Assembly (NCBI GenBank): GCA_964016885.1
Contig: OZ024740.1
Span: 93,620,001 to 93,684,000, forward strand
Direction of reading: 5' to 3'
Length of the DNA stretch: 64,000 nt
Source: Eledone cirrhosa
Taxonomy: Eukaryota
Every line of letters begins with the position of its first letter. The first letter of the stretch is position 1. Position numbers and translations under genes: made by a program. The notes beneath the pieces are model-generated. The model was not told where the DNA came from, ran no database searches, and saw only the letters and a list, made by a program, of their open reading frames with translations. This document shows positions 1-21,989 of the stretch, piece by piece.

Positions 1-582
1 CGACGAACACGCATTGATAACGCCGCCTCAGGACTAAATTGAGGGTCAGTGATTTTTACCCGAAATTCGGAATTGACGATCGGTTCACTGCCTGCAGAAA
101 GGACGGGATTGGATGTCTTTTGCCCGAGATTAGTGAAACAGGTTTAACACTAACCTGGGATTCTGTATCCACGATGTAACGGATGCCTGTTGCCTGGACG
201 TTAATAACAAAATAGACGACATTTCTTTTCAGTACCAGGGATGAACGTCATCGCTAAGCCCAGGGTGGTATTCCGGAAAGAGCACGGGGCTTTGCACATA
301 GATCCCTGTGCGCCGAAATTTGAGTGATACCAGCAGATGTTTGCCAGGCACACGATTTTGACTGGGACTTCTGGATCTTCGACTGTAGAAAGGCCTAGAT
401 CGACTGTTGCTGCTTCGCCGGTGTGTTTGAAAGGTCAAGTTCTCTACTTGATTCGAGAGGGCATTAATTTTACCAACCGCTCTCTGACCATAGACCGCAG
501 CTCTGAAATCTCGGGCTCTGTCGTTGGTTGCGACATGTCCATGTTGGTATCTTCTCAAGTGGTGTCTGGTTGCGCGTTCCAC
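1..582 (-). mobile_element. Decayed Ty3/gypsy LTR-retrotransposon gag C-terminus/protease fragment
   Basis: Minus-strand frames (with stops and frameshifts) give RSRSPS...CWYHSNFGAQGSMCKAPCSF (gag Cys/His motif) and LQAVNRSSIPNFG*KSLTLNLVLRRRYQCVFV (gypsy protease-type segment). It runs off the window edge. Confidence 0.75.
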
Positions 583-599
583 TCACGTCCGGGTTACCA
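583..599 (-). promoter_or_regulatory. Primer-binding site, tRNA-Trp type
   Basis: Minus strand reads TGGTAACCCGGACGTGA, a 2-mismatch match to the complement of the tRNA-Trp 3' end (TGGTGACCCCGACGTGA), immediately upstream of the gag remnant. Confidence 0.7.
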
Positions 600-602
600 C
601 TT

Positions 603-1098
603 ATAGCGACGTGGTTAGTGAGTTTGGTCACTACTTCTGATCAGATCCGAGAATAGCCCTTAAAAGGACTGGTATCGCATACGGTCTGATCAGATCTGAA
701 GATAGCCTTTAAAAGGACTGTTGCCGCCTATAGTCCTTAAAAGAGCTGTTGAGGATGGACAGACGAAAGCACAAGTTGAAAGGACGAAGCAAGGCGAGAT
801 ATAAATTCGATCAGCTATTTATTTTCACATGAAGCGACGATACGAGGTACAAGGCGTGTGAGTGACAAAGCGTGGCAGAGGCGATGAACAACGATACGCG
901 GGTTGACTCTGCCAAATGTCGACTGGCGAAGTGTTTGGAACCACTCTATTTATACAGAAATAATCATTTGATGTTTAGCCGCTGTGTAGGCGTTTATTCT
1001 GGTAGCTTCTAAGGGTTCTTTTGTTTCACGGTGAGGTAGATAGCTAACAGGAAGATGGCGCTGTATATTTCACAGATGTTATTTCCGGTGGCTGTACA
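603..1098 (-). repeat. Probable 5' LTR of the gypsy element (outer boundary uncertain)
   Basis: It abuts the PBS. The minus strand has a TATAAATAG box (~945-953), an AATAAA signal (~817-822) and a possible TGT start at 1098. Confidence 0.5.
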
Positions 1099-1417
1099 TG
1101 TATATATATGTACGCATATGTGTGTGCGATTGTGTGTGGTCTTCTGTGTGTGTGTCTGTTCGTGAAAGCCTTTGTGGCTTTCCCCAGATTTGATTGCAAT
1201 CTCATGGGTCAAGGAGCTTGCTAATTTAGCTTTTCAGCTGTTTGTTTACTACATATGTCAGTTCTACTAAAATTTAAAATTATTCGGAGCATATGTACAC
1301 ATACGCACACATACACACACATACACACACACATACACACATACACACACACACGTACACACATGCGCAGACACAAACACACACACACACACACATACAC
1401 ACACACATATATATATA

Positions 1418-1622
1418 GTAAAAAAGTATGATCCCGACGGCAGAGCTCACGCCGTTTCGACGGCTATTTCTGTACTAAATTTAGTCCAGAAATAGCCGTC
1501 GAAACGGCTTGAGCTATGCCGTCGCGGTCATACTTTTTTCCTATTTCCCAATCTACTACCCTAAGTATTGAGTACTCTGGTGCATTATGGTCCATCTGCT
1601 TCCTTACCACAATTCCTTTGTT
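1418..1622 (+). repeat. Short fold-back repeat carrying the 3' half of a hammerhead (other copies ~36950-37140, 43960-44020, 45630-45985, 46685-46845)
   Basis: Family consensus is GAAACGGC-TTGAGCTCT-GCCGTC-GGGGTC (GAAA, stem III, GUC), preceded by its own reverse complement and flanked by (TA)n. Confidence 0.6.
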
Positions 1623-1639
1623 ATATATATATATATCAT

Positions 1640-2615
1640 ATATCATGTCCTTAGAATTATTAGATAAAATGTATACCATTTCCTCTCCCAATTAGCATAA
1701 TTAACCATATAAAAAATCAATTAGACCAAGGTATAAGAATAAAGGCTCCTATGAAGAAATTTCCGACAAATAACCGAAAGCTGCCACTTAGCGGTGGCCC
1801 CGATAGAGTATTTATCCAACATTTCAACAGCATGTAGAAACTGACTAAATATACCGTCAACCATACACAATTAGGTGTAAATTCAAACTTAGAAGAAATG
1901 TGTACATACCGTAATTATATCTCTTCGATGGTTTCGTCCATATTTTTAGACATCCAATAACAGGATATATCCAGAGTATCGGACTCATGGGGAGTGAACT
2001 CAAAATTAGACATTTAATTTTCCAAAGTGATCGCACCTAAAATAGATTAAAAATGGCTAAGAATCGTGACCTGGCAGTGGTCAAGTTAGAATGAATGTGA
2101 TTAGTTGCTTACGGCGGGTAGGTTTGCTGCTAGAAAGCGCAGCCCAATATCGCCCAACTGTATCTCAACCTAACGGGAGACTATTAAATATAAAGATTTA
2201 CATATACATAATGTCATAGATATATATGATTTGCAACCGGTCACGTTGTGGCTCAATGAAGAATTAATAAATTAAATAATCAGAGTAATATATCATAAAT
2301 CATGTCCTTAGAATTATTAGATAAAATATATAACATTTCCTCTTTCAATTAGCATAATTAACCATATAAAAAATCAATTAGACCAAGCTATAAGAATAAA
2401 GGCTCCTATGAACTCATTTCCGACAAATAACCGAAAGCGGCCTCTTAGCGGTGGCCCCGATAGAGTATTTATTCAACATTTCAACAGCATGTAGAAACTG
2501 ACTAAATATACCGTCAACCATACACAATTAGGTGTAAATTCAAACTTAGAGGAAATGTGTACACACCGTAATTATATCTCTACCATGGTTTCGTCCGTAT
2601 CTTTAGACATCCGAT
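1640..2615 (-). repeat. Partial tandem of a pseudo-LTR-like repeat (1640-1960 is similar to 2300-2615); homologue at 35930-36640 (+)
   Basis: Direct duplication is visible. The HHR consensus across copies is ATCTC-CTGATGA-GTCC..GGAC-GAAAC-CATG-GTA-GAGAT, and each individual copy is damaged or partial. Confidence 0.6.
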
Positions 2616-2981
2616 AACTTATATATATATGTATATATATATATCCAAAATTAAGATAATCAAAATTATGGGTGTCATGCAAGAAAGACATGCACCATAT
2701 CACCCGCAAAATAAGCTCTAAGATTCTGACGAATAGGTCCGAGCATTTTATAACAACTAGAAATTGATTAACATCTAAATAAACATGAATAATCACAGGA
2801 GATAATTTGTTCAATTGTGTAAGCCCACATAGCTAGGTAGGTAACTAAATAAAGTTAACCAGAACTTCAAAGTGGTGGTTCAATTTATTTAGTTACCTAC
2901 CTAGCTATGTGTGCTTACACACTTGTAAACATTATCTCCTGTGATTATTCATGTTTATTTATATGTTAATCAATTTCTAGT

Positions 2982-3074
<93 letters not shown>

Positions 3075-3454
3075 ATCTTGCTTATGCCATATTTTAGTTC
3101 AACTAAAATTGAAAACTATTCGGATCACAAGGAGAATTATATATATGAATATATATATATATACATATATATATAATCTGCTCTGTTTAATTACATTGAG
3201 CTATATCTTATACTGTCATTTCTATAATATGAAGAGGGTGTTTAACTTAAACGCACTCTAGTATTTTAATTCTTATATATATATATAAATAAGTATTAAA
3301 TTGTTAAACAATATTCAATGAATTATGTCAAACAATGATTTTTACAGTAGATTGGAAGCACTCAACGAAAAAAAAAATGTTCAAGAGTTATTAATATAAG
3401 TATTAATAAAATAGATGTTCTTTTGATCAATTACAATTTATTATACAACAGTAC

Positions 3455-5290
3455 GTCCTCATCAGACAAAATATAATTATACATGACATACCCTGAGATG
3501 TTAAATGGTTAAGATTTAATCAAGGTAGTGATTACCCGATAGAAAATGTTGCTTATATAATATTTGTGTGAGAGTGCGAAAACGTAATGAATTCCTTAGA
3601 GAGTGTGTGAGTAAGAAAAAACGTTGCATACCTAAAGTGTTCTAACATTTTAAATTCTATGATACTATATCAAAGGAAACGTCTCATAAATTATAACAGC
3701 CTGTCATAGCCACTGGAAAAAGATTTATAAGGAAGGAAAGATAAAGTGTAGGGGTTCTTTTTTTTCAAAAGTTAAACGGTTAGGATTTGGAAATATATAA
3801 TTTATAATATTAATGTGAAGACTCCAGATTTCAGGATTATTTGCTATTTATTTATATTATTTTATTTATATAAATTCGATAAGTGTGTTATCATTTCTAA
3901 ACTTGTGAATTGTGAGAATAACATTATAAAGGATTTAGCTGGCACGTAAAGAATGAAATATTATACTGTTGTTTAATTACCTAAATCTAAACTTTCACAA
4001 ATATCTCGACATATTAGGTATGTAAAGCATTTATAGTACCTATTGTTATAAATATTTATATAAATATTATGTATATAGGTATATATTAGTGAGTCAGTAT
4101 GCATAAGGTAAAAATAAAATAAAATAAAATAAAATAATATGTTACAGATAAGATTTATAGATATGTATAATTATTCTGAAACCAAGATATCAACGTATTA
4201 TTACATATAAGGATGTATATATATATAGATATACATTAGGTATTATTAATGTAGTATATTTTAGGCAAATGATAACAGTTATACACTTAACAACATGTTA
4301 CATTTAAATATATATATACATGCATATAAGAAAGACGAACAATGAGTGCATGTATAAAATTCAAAATAATGTCTATAATAATTTTTAGTTTGGATATTTT
4401 CTCTATAATTGAATCATGTATATAGAAGTATGGTAGGTATATTTTAAAATATTAAAAACAATATATAAAATACAAGATATAACTAGATATACATTAGGTA
4501 TTACTAATGTAGTATACTTTAGGTAAATGATAACAGTTATACTCTTAATAACATGTCATATGTAAATATATATATACATACATATAAGAAAAAACGAACA
4601 ATGAGTGGATGTACAAAATTCAAAATAATGTCTATAATAGTTTTTAGTTTGGATATTTTCTCTACATTTGAAACATGTATATAGAAGTATGGTAGATATA
4701 TTTTAAAATATTTAAAAATATGTAAAATACAATATAATACTATATATATATTATATGTTATAAAACTATTATATTATAAATAAATAAATAAATAAATAAG
4801 GGATCGAAAGTACAGCGAAAGAAATTCACATTTATATATAACTTTGAATCTGTCTCAAATTTAGATATTAATATTATAGTGCAGTAAGTATGAAAGAAAT
4901 ATATGCTATATTATACTATAAATTATAGATCAAAAAGTCATTAAACATTTGGAGTTATAGATAAGTTTCGTAAACATTTTGGGATTGGGTAGTATAACAA
5001 AAAGTTAAAAGAGATTACGAATGTATTAAAAATTCACGGTTAAATAAATTCAATATATATGTAAGGATTAGGTATTGTACTAAATTATAGATAATGTTGT
5101 TTTTTCTATAGATATCCATAAAATAAAGCCGTATTAAAAGCCAATGTTGTGTTTTACTGTTGAGTATATTCCTGGTAACCGAGTTGTTATTGGTTCTTTC
5201 ATTCTCGTTTTATGCGAGGCTGAACAAATAGACATAGCTTTGTGGAGACAATTAGACAAACATTCCTTTTTTTGTTAATTAAGGTCTCGT
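3455..5290 (-). mobile_element. Highly decayed PLE-like RT-thumb/endonuclease remnant
   Basis: Short minus-strand peptides such as CLSNCLHKAMSICS resemble the PLE thumb. A downstream CTGATGA lies at ~3460. There is no intact ORF. Confidence 0.35.
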
Positions 5291-5373
5291 ATTTATAAAT
5301 AATCAACAGGGTCTCCATTGTACAGAGCGCGCAGTTATTTGATATACTGGAGTTTCGGTAAATTCCTCATGTA

Positions 5374-5446
<73 letters not shown>

Positions 5447-5726
5447 TAAGGTTTGTTTCTCATTACACGGTGTATTTTTCATTGTGGGGTCGGAAGTTGC
5501 GATTGGAAGTGTGAGATTTATGTTTGGAGTTGGAGGATTTCATTTGAGATGATATTGTAAAGGTTAGATTTGGGTTTTTGTTTGAGAGATATGGTCAAAG
5601 AATTTACATAGGGAAGCGTTTATAAGAGGGTTGAGTGTATTATTGATGGTCACGATACATATATATCCCGACAGCATTCGTTAGCTTGCCCGCAACAAGA
5701 GTTTCGATTATGCTGTACTACCTCCT

Positions 5727-6639
<913 letters not shown>

Positions 6640-9439
6640 GGCGAAGGACTTTTCCTCTTTTTCTGTAGAGACAATGAACGTACGATGTCTGCTGAAATGA
6701 TAGTCACATTGTATGATACACAAATATATTGAGATGTCACATTAAACAAGTCAATATTGTGTTAAGTTTCAAAATTAGAGTGAAAAATAATAGAAAAATA
6801 TGTCATGAAGCTTTTACCTTATTCGGATGTTTATTTATTCTAATGGATATTCCACTCTCTACCAGTAGATAATTATTCTACATATGTCTCTTGAGATTGT
6901 GCAAAAGAAATATGTTTACATCAATCATTTATAAGAATGCTGCCTCTTTCACTCGATTCTTATTTATGGCTTCTGATGCATTTTTTGTATCAAAATAACA
7001 TTACAAGTATTTTCTTACACAGGTAAATATGTATTCATGGATTTAGCAGTGTGGAATTATATCAGCAAGGGTCGGTAGCAATTTCGTTGAAGCTTATACA
7101 AGATTGGTAATTATGCGAGCAAATGAAAGGGAAATTATTTGCACATAGGTTTTATATGATTCATAAATCCTTTGAAAGAAGAAATGTTTAAAACTCAAGC
7201 CAACGTCTAACCACATGGCAGTCAATTCAAAAATACGTACGCTCTGTGTATTCACATATGTGCGTTTCCCAAGAATATGGACATCTACTTTATACATAGT
7301 CATCTCTTAACATATCTTTATGACACATGAAATCTATCTTTGTTGTGGATGATTCATTTCATATTCTGTCCTGTTCCATATGTTTATTCATTCATGTATT
7401 ATCCATAATCTTTTGTTTTTCTTAAAATGAATACAAAGTCATGTCTTACAAAATGGAAATATACGAACAAAAATCAATCTTTCTTAAATATATTCAATTT
7501 TTTTTGTGTATTTCATTTTATACTTGTTTATTTTTCGTAGAGTCTGCATATGATGTTTGTTAATATTTTGTTTCCTCCAAGATCTGATGAATTTCAAAAA
7601 TGACTGTGTCCTTTAATGAATATTAAACAGATGTTTTATTTATGATATGCTAATTAATATGATTCAAAGGGAAATAATTAAAATGTTGGGCTGTTCATAT
7701 TTTAATCTTCTACTGATCTATTTTAATATGGCTTCCATGCATGCATCCAACGATGTGATTAAAATATGTTGAGTTTCATAATTAATATGGATATTATAGA
7801 GAACGATATTATATGGTGTACCACTGTGAAATTTACGATAACGAAGAAAATATAAATCATGTTAATTTAATCAATATCATGGTAAAATAATAGGATGATG
7901 ATGATTGTTCTGCTGACGATAAACAATACTCATGTAAATTTATCAATTGTGATGAATTAAGTGAAATTATATGCAGCAATATTTCCTGAAATTTAATTCT
8001 AACACCAGGTCATTCTCGTGGATTTATTAATTAACAGGATAATTATCGTTTCTTACAGTCGGTATATTTTTATATATGAAATTGAGTTAAGTTATTGATT
8101 CTCCAAATAAGACAAATATTCTATTCCTCATATCTGTCCATCTAAAAATCGTTTGAGATTAGAAGATATATAAAAATCTACGATTTCCGGACTTCTCAAA
8201 TCTGCAATTTTTTGTGAAAAGGAAAATGTCGAATTGTGAACTTAATCCAGAGTGTGTGTATTCAATAAAGCATTGTTCGTATATATAATCTGTTTCAAAC
8301 AAAGAGAAAAAAATCGTTTAATATAGCCTTAGGTAATAAATGAACAAACACGTTATAAAATTATCAGCATATACACTTTAACATTTTGCTTTCTCTTTCA
8401 TAGATTAGTTCCCACTTATAACAAAATAGTGAAATTTCCCTATTAATGTATATTAGAAAATATAAGAGACTCCGAAGCAGATGATAAGCCACATATTCCA
8501 TGTCTTTTCTCAATTATGGATTTGCATTGTTTAATATCTCTAATCACATTCCGTCTAGATTGATCAGTTCGGAATTAAGGCGTTGAAATACAATAGAAAT
8601 CATGATACACTATTTTAATTTATTTAGATTATGTACAAAATCGCAACGCTCTACGTCCTTGATAGTGTGTTGTATAGTCTCTTTTATTAGTATAATTTTC
8701 CTGAAAAAGAGAGATTTAAGAAAAGTTATTTTTAAGCATGAATCTTGTATGAATTATGTTCTTTATAAGCGTATTTTCACTACGTCCTCTGTGAGCTTTA
8801 ATTATTTCTGTGACTAATATATTTTTATCCTAAATGATTGCAATTAAATTGTTATTATTATTACATAAGATTATTTACTATCAATATTTCTTTGATAACC
8901 TATTACAAATCCATTGGCCTCAATTCAATAATAATGGTTTCTAAATTTGGCACAAGGCCAGCAATTAACCAGCGTATTACTGACAAAATAGATTACGAGT
9001 AATAGACAGGGGTAAATGCTGGCCTTGTGGCAAAAGTAGAAGCAATTATTATTGAAATGAGGCCAATAAATGTGTAATAGGTTTCCAAGAAACGTTAATT
9101 GTAAATAATCATATGTACTATACACACATCAAACAAGGCAATAACGAATACATTAGTATGAGGCTACATTCTAGAGAGCAGCGACAGTGATATTTGTGTA
9201 GAGACAGTTGTGAAATAAGGGCTCGCATTAATTGTTTGCTACTATGGAATAAATACAACGAACATGGTCAATTATGAATACATTATACCCCTAACAAACA
9301 TAGACACACACGCACACATACGTTCATATATACATATATACAGACATACATATATATATATTATATATACTCCAGTTCTACCAACTGATAAGTGGTACTT
9401 ATCTGATTATGCCTAGTCTTCTTGTCTACAATATTACTC

Positions 9440-9506
<67 letters not shown>

Positions 9507-9609
9507 GTATTAAGGGTACTATTTATGGTTATGTATATACTAAAACATTTTATAGTTATATATATTTTAAACCCTAAAGAGTGAAATACACTAATTTATT
9601 ACTACCTTA

Positions 9610-10880
9610 TTACCAGCAAGATACATAGCTGAATGTAATAACATCAGTTGTTCTACAGAGCAGTTGTATAGAAATTACATGAATCACAGTTCTGTTTAAA
9701 CCATTTATTAGCTTACAATTGTTTCTTCCAAACCGAGGTTTGGTGTCTTCGGAGCAATTTTTCAATGATTGTTTACATACATGACCTCCTTTCCAACACA
9801 AGAGACATACAGAAACATATCTATATATCGATGCACACTGGGTTGACATCCATTATACTATTTTAGCATGGCAATTTACATTCAAAGATTAAAGACATAT
9901 TAAAGGAAATTAAAACAAATCAAAGTTACAATACAACATTGGCAGTTTACGAAGATAATGCAAGAGGATAGTTTGAAGTAGTTAGTGTATGCAATAGTTA
10001 CACGTGGGGCATGTACGGGTGTCTTATTTATATAAGATCATAGTGCGGCAAGGTGTTATAAGGAATACAATCACATTAAGCGGGAAATCAAGAGTATTAT
10101 GGGGGTTGTATTGGTAAAGTATTTTTTATGTATGATATAGAAGCTTGTGTGCAGAGAAATATTAAAAATGAGAAGCAAAATAATTTTATGGTTTTCGTAT
10201 ACACCACTATTTTCACAATCCAGGAAACGTAATATATAGATAATATGTCCTTCACATAATCAATTGAATCATCGTTGATTATGTGAAGGACATATAATCT
10301 ATATATTACGTTTCCGGGATTGTGAAAATGGTGGTGTATACGAAAACCATAACATTATTTTGCTTCTCATTTTTAATATTTCTCTGCACACAAGCTTCTA
10401 TATCATACAAAAAAAATACTTTACCAATACAACCCCCATAATACTCTTGATTGCCCGTTTAAATTGCTTTATTCCATATAACACCTTGCCGCACTATAAT
10501 CTTATATAAATAAGACACACGTACATGCCCCACGTGTAACTATTGCATACACTAACTACTATTGCATACACTAACTACTTCAAACTATCCTCTTGCATTA
10601 TCTTCGTAAACTGCCAATGTTGTATTTTAACTTTTTTTTGTTTTACTTTCCTTTAATATGACTTTAATCTTTGAATGTAAATTGCCATGGTAAAATATTA
10701 TAATGGATGTCAACCCACTGTGCATCGATATATACATAAGTTTATGTATGTCTCTTGTGTTGGAAAGGAGGTCATATATGTGAACAATCATTGAACAATT
10801 GCTCCGAAGACACCAAACCTTGGAAGAAACAATTGTAAGCTAATAAATAATTTAAACAGAACTTTGATTCATGTAATTTC
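9610..10880. repeat. ~630-bp-arm inverted repeat (pLTR-like pair) centred near 10270
   Basis: 9610-10262 is the reverse complement of ~10274-10880, with substitutions and indels. Each arm has an HHR motif. Confidence 0.85.
9710..9757 (-). ncRNA. Type I hammerhead motif, U4C core variant (second copy 10798-10843 +)
   Basis: GCT-CCGAAGA-ca-CCAAACC-TC-GGTTTGG-aa-GAAAC-AATT-GTA-AGC, with palindromic stem III ACAATTGT. Confidence 0.6.
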
Positions 10881-10910
10881 TCTCTCTCTCGCTCTCTATC
10901 TCTCTCTCTA

Positions 10911-10939
<29 letters not shown>

Positions 10940-10941
<2 letters not shown>

Positions 10942-11330
10942 CTGAGGGTACAATGTACCCCCGGAAATATATAGTGTGTCTATGGTTTAAGGTGGTTCTA
11001 TGGTAATAATTTGATATACCAGAACTTAATATCAAGATAAGCAGAAAACAAGTAAAATTCAACCAATTCTTCAAAATAAATCGAAATTAATATACAATTA
11101 AAATTAATCAGTTAGGGCCATTTGAATAGGTAAATACTTATATTATATTTTTTTAATTTTGATTAATTTTAATTGTATATTAATTTTGATTTATTTTGAA
11201 GAATTGGTTGAATTTTACTTGTTCTGCTTATCTTGATATTAAGTTCTGGTATATCAAATTATTACCATAGAACCACCTTAAACCATAGACACACTATATA
11301 TTTCAGGAGGTACATTGTACCCTCAGATAT
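10940..11330. repeat. Short inverted repeat pair, with a further partial copy at 11633-11761
   Basis: 10943-11105 is the reverse complement of ~11165-11327. Confidence 0.8.
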
Positions 11331-11757
11331 ATATTAACCTTATTCATTATTCTCCAGTATGTAGAGAAAAATCCTGTCGTTCTATTTAGTTGCTAAATAT
11401 CTTTTTTGGTAGCGATCATAGACGGCTAGTCTATGTTTTCCCGCCTTCACTATACACCAACGTATTTATGGGTCACTTTCACGACCTTTCAGACCTGTAT
11501 TAGTTGGAGTGAGGTCATATATTTTGTCGTTCCCGGGGTTTTTAACCCTAGGATAGGAAAATGCTTCTCTGATGATCTTTGCTTTTCCATTAATATCCAC
11601 GTGATATCTAATGTTTTGCAAAGTGAAACTGTACAGTTAGGGCCATTTGAATAGGTAAATACTTATATTATATTTTTTAATTTTGATTAATTTTAATTGT
11701 ATATTAATTTTGATTTATTTTGAAGAATTGGTTGAAGTTTACTTGTTCTGCTTACCT

Positions 11758-17660
<5,903 letters not shown>

Positions 17661-17668
17661 TTCTTATT

Positions 17669-17706
<38 letters not shown>

Positions 17707-17710
17707 GAGA

Positions 17711-17768
<58 letters not shown>

Positions 17769-17784
17769 GAGAGAGAGAGAGAGT

Positions 17785-18140
17785 GGAAAACTAAAAATCA
17801 ATGAGGCATCGGAACACAATTTATTGCGTATTACAACTGTTTCCCCGGCGAACAGCTGAAGGAGCGATCGGTGTGTGGATCGACCTGACTCTGGATTCGC
17901 AAGTTCCTCAGACACGTCTATTGATTTCGGAACAGATCCTCTTTCTGGGGTCTGACCCTTCAGGTCAATATCGTGTACCTTCATCCTGTTTACGCGTCCT
18001 TGGATTCGTCACTGGTCAGTGACGTCATCATAATCCTGACCACTGGGAACACCTCACTACCCATCGGGGCGTGAGCTGTCACTCACCTAGAGTCCTATCG
18101 TCCACATTATTGCTGTGTTTGCCTGTTCTCATTCCTACAC
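17785..18140 (-). repeat. pLTR-like repeat with a long-stem-II hammerhead (HHR 17827-17916); homologues 29125-29470 (+) and 35705-35925 (+)
   Basis: Three diverged copies share CTGAGGA...GAA(A/G)CA(A/G)TTGTA with covarying stems. Confidence 0.75.
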
Positions 18141-18853
18141 GGACACACACACACATGCACAGAGACACAGACAGACAAATGTAGAGGGGATCGCATCCTT
18201 TAGTTCACACATGTACCCACCATACGGCCAACTTAAAAGACATACGGTGAAGCGGACGTCAGTCTGAGCGGCGTTATATAACTGATACCATACCTTGTTG
18301 ACTATATAATCTCTGATGGGTAAGTTGACACAGTTCATGCTGCCTATCGGACTCTGCACGTCATCTTGAGAAACGGCAGCGCGGTGGCTGAACTTCCATG
18401 GATATTCAGTCCGAAACATACACCAATAAGGCACTCTATCTCACCAACAGTGACATACTCCCTTCATGTGTATCTTTTCAGCAGTGAGAGCATATTCCCC
18501 ACACATTTCATTACGTAAAACCTCTTGTAATTTTCCTTGTACAAGCCTATGTGTATTTTTCCATGTACAACCCAATGTGTATCTTTATATACTTTTCTTA
18601 TATATATCTAATATACTTTTTCATATATTCTGCATGCATTTTCTATATATCGTCTGGGCATACCCTATACATTACTACCATGAGCTCCCCATATATAGTT
18701 TTGCTTGAGGTTTCTATAAGTGGATACATCCTCGCTCGCAAAATAATACCAACTCTGTCAGCATGTACATCAAGGTGTATTTTTTCATGCCCAGGACGAT
18801 GTGTATCTTTATATACTTTTCTCATATATTTATTACATAAATGTTTATGTGTG

Positions 18854-18904
<51 letters not shown>

Positions 18905-18929
18905 AGTGTAAGTTTCTACACAAAACGAA

Positions 18930-19450
18930 GGTTATAGAGAAAATTGAGGTTGGTAATGGCACATGGTATATATAAGAGACAGAATACATTTTTGTGAAAA
19001 AACATATATCATTTTATAAGGTCAGGAAATAATAAAGGTTATAAAAAATGACCTGTTTCGATGGGTCTGCAAAAGCCATCTTTTCAAATGTTGATTAATA
19101 TTAAGAAAAATTAATAATAAGAAGTGTTAAAATTTGAGATTTGAAAATTCAAGTATAAAATTCAGTGTGGGATTTCATAGTAGTTTTCATCTTGGTAGCA
19201 GCAAGCTGACTGCTGTGTGTCCCCTTCTGGCAGCAACTTAGGAATTATTTGTGTTGAGTGGCTCTTTTTAAGGTCAGATTCAGCAATAGCCAGATGGCCA
19301 GCTGCTGGTCAGTGAGGGGATGGAAGCAATATACATACATATATCTCCATGTGGTCGGTAGGAGAGGGGAGAGTGATAGAAAGGGAGGGATTTAGTGCAC
19401 TTACACCAATATATACACACATACCCTCATAGACACACACATACATATAC
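18930..19450 (-). repeat. pLTR-like repeat, inverted partner of 27985-28475; carries a U3-A8 hammerhead (19045-19092)
   Basis: Reverse-complement similarity extends over ~480 bp. The motif is TTGAAAA-GATGG..CCATC-GAAAC..GTC. Confidence 0.8.
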
Positions 19451-19457
19451 ATATACA

Positions 19458-19526
<69 letters not shown>

Positions 19527-19709
19527 CAATTTAGTGATTAAAAACTAAAAATATATGATCAACACTACTGTGTTTATTTTTGAAAAATGACAATAATTTT
19601 TTAGCCAGATAGAAATACCTTAATTCAAGTACATATACTCCGTCAGTATCGATCTAGAGAATTTTAAATATTAAATCTATACTTACAGACGTAAAATGGC
19701 ACCTGCCTG

Positions 19710-21697
<1,988 letters not shown>

Positions 21698-21855
21698 TAC
21701 ATACACACACACATACATATACATACACACATACACACACACACACATATACACATACACACACATATATATATATACACATACACACATATATATATAC
21801 ATACACATACATCCATATACACACATACATACACACACACACACAAACATACATA

Positions 21856-21919
<64 letters not shown>

Positions 21920-21924
21920 TACAC

Positions 21925-21957
<33 letters not shown>

Positions 21958-21989
21958 GATACAGATAGGCATATATACACGGGTGTGTA

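Noticed and set aside
10940-10980. Half-hammerhead-like motifs abutting (TA)n here and at ~5342-5371
   Set aside because: The CUGANGA core is missing or truncated, so support is insufficient.
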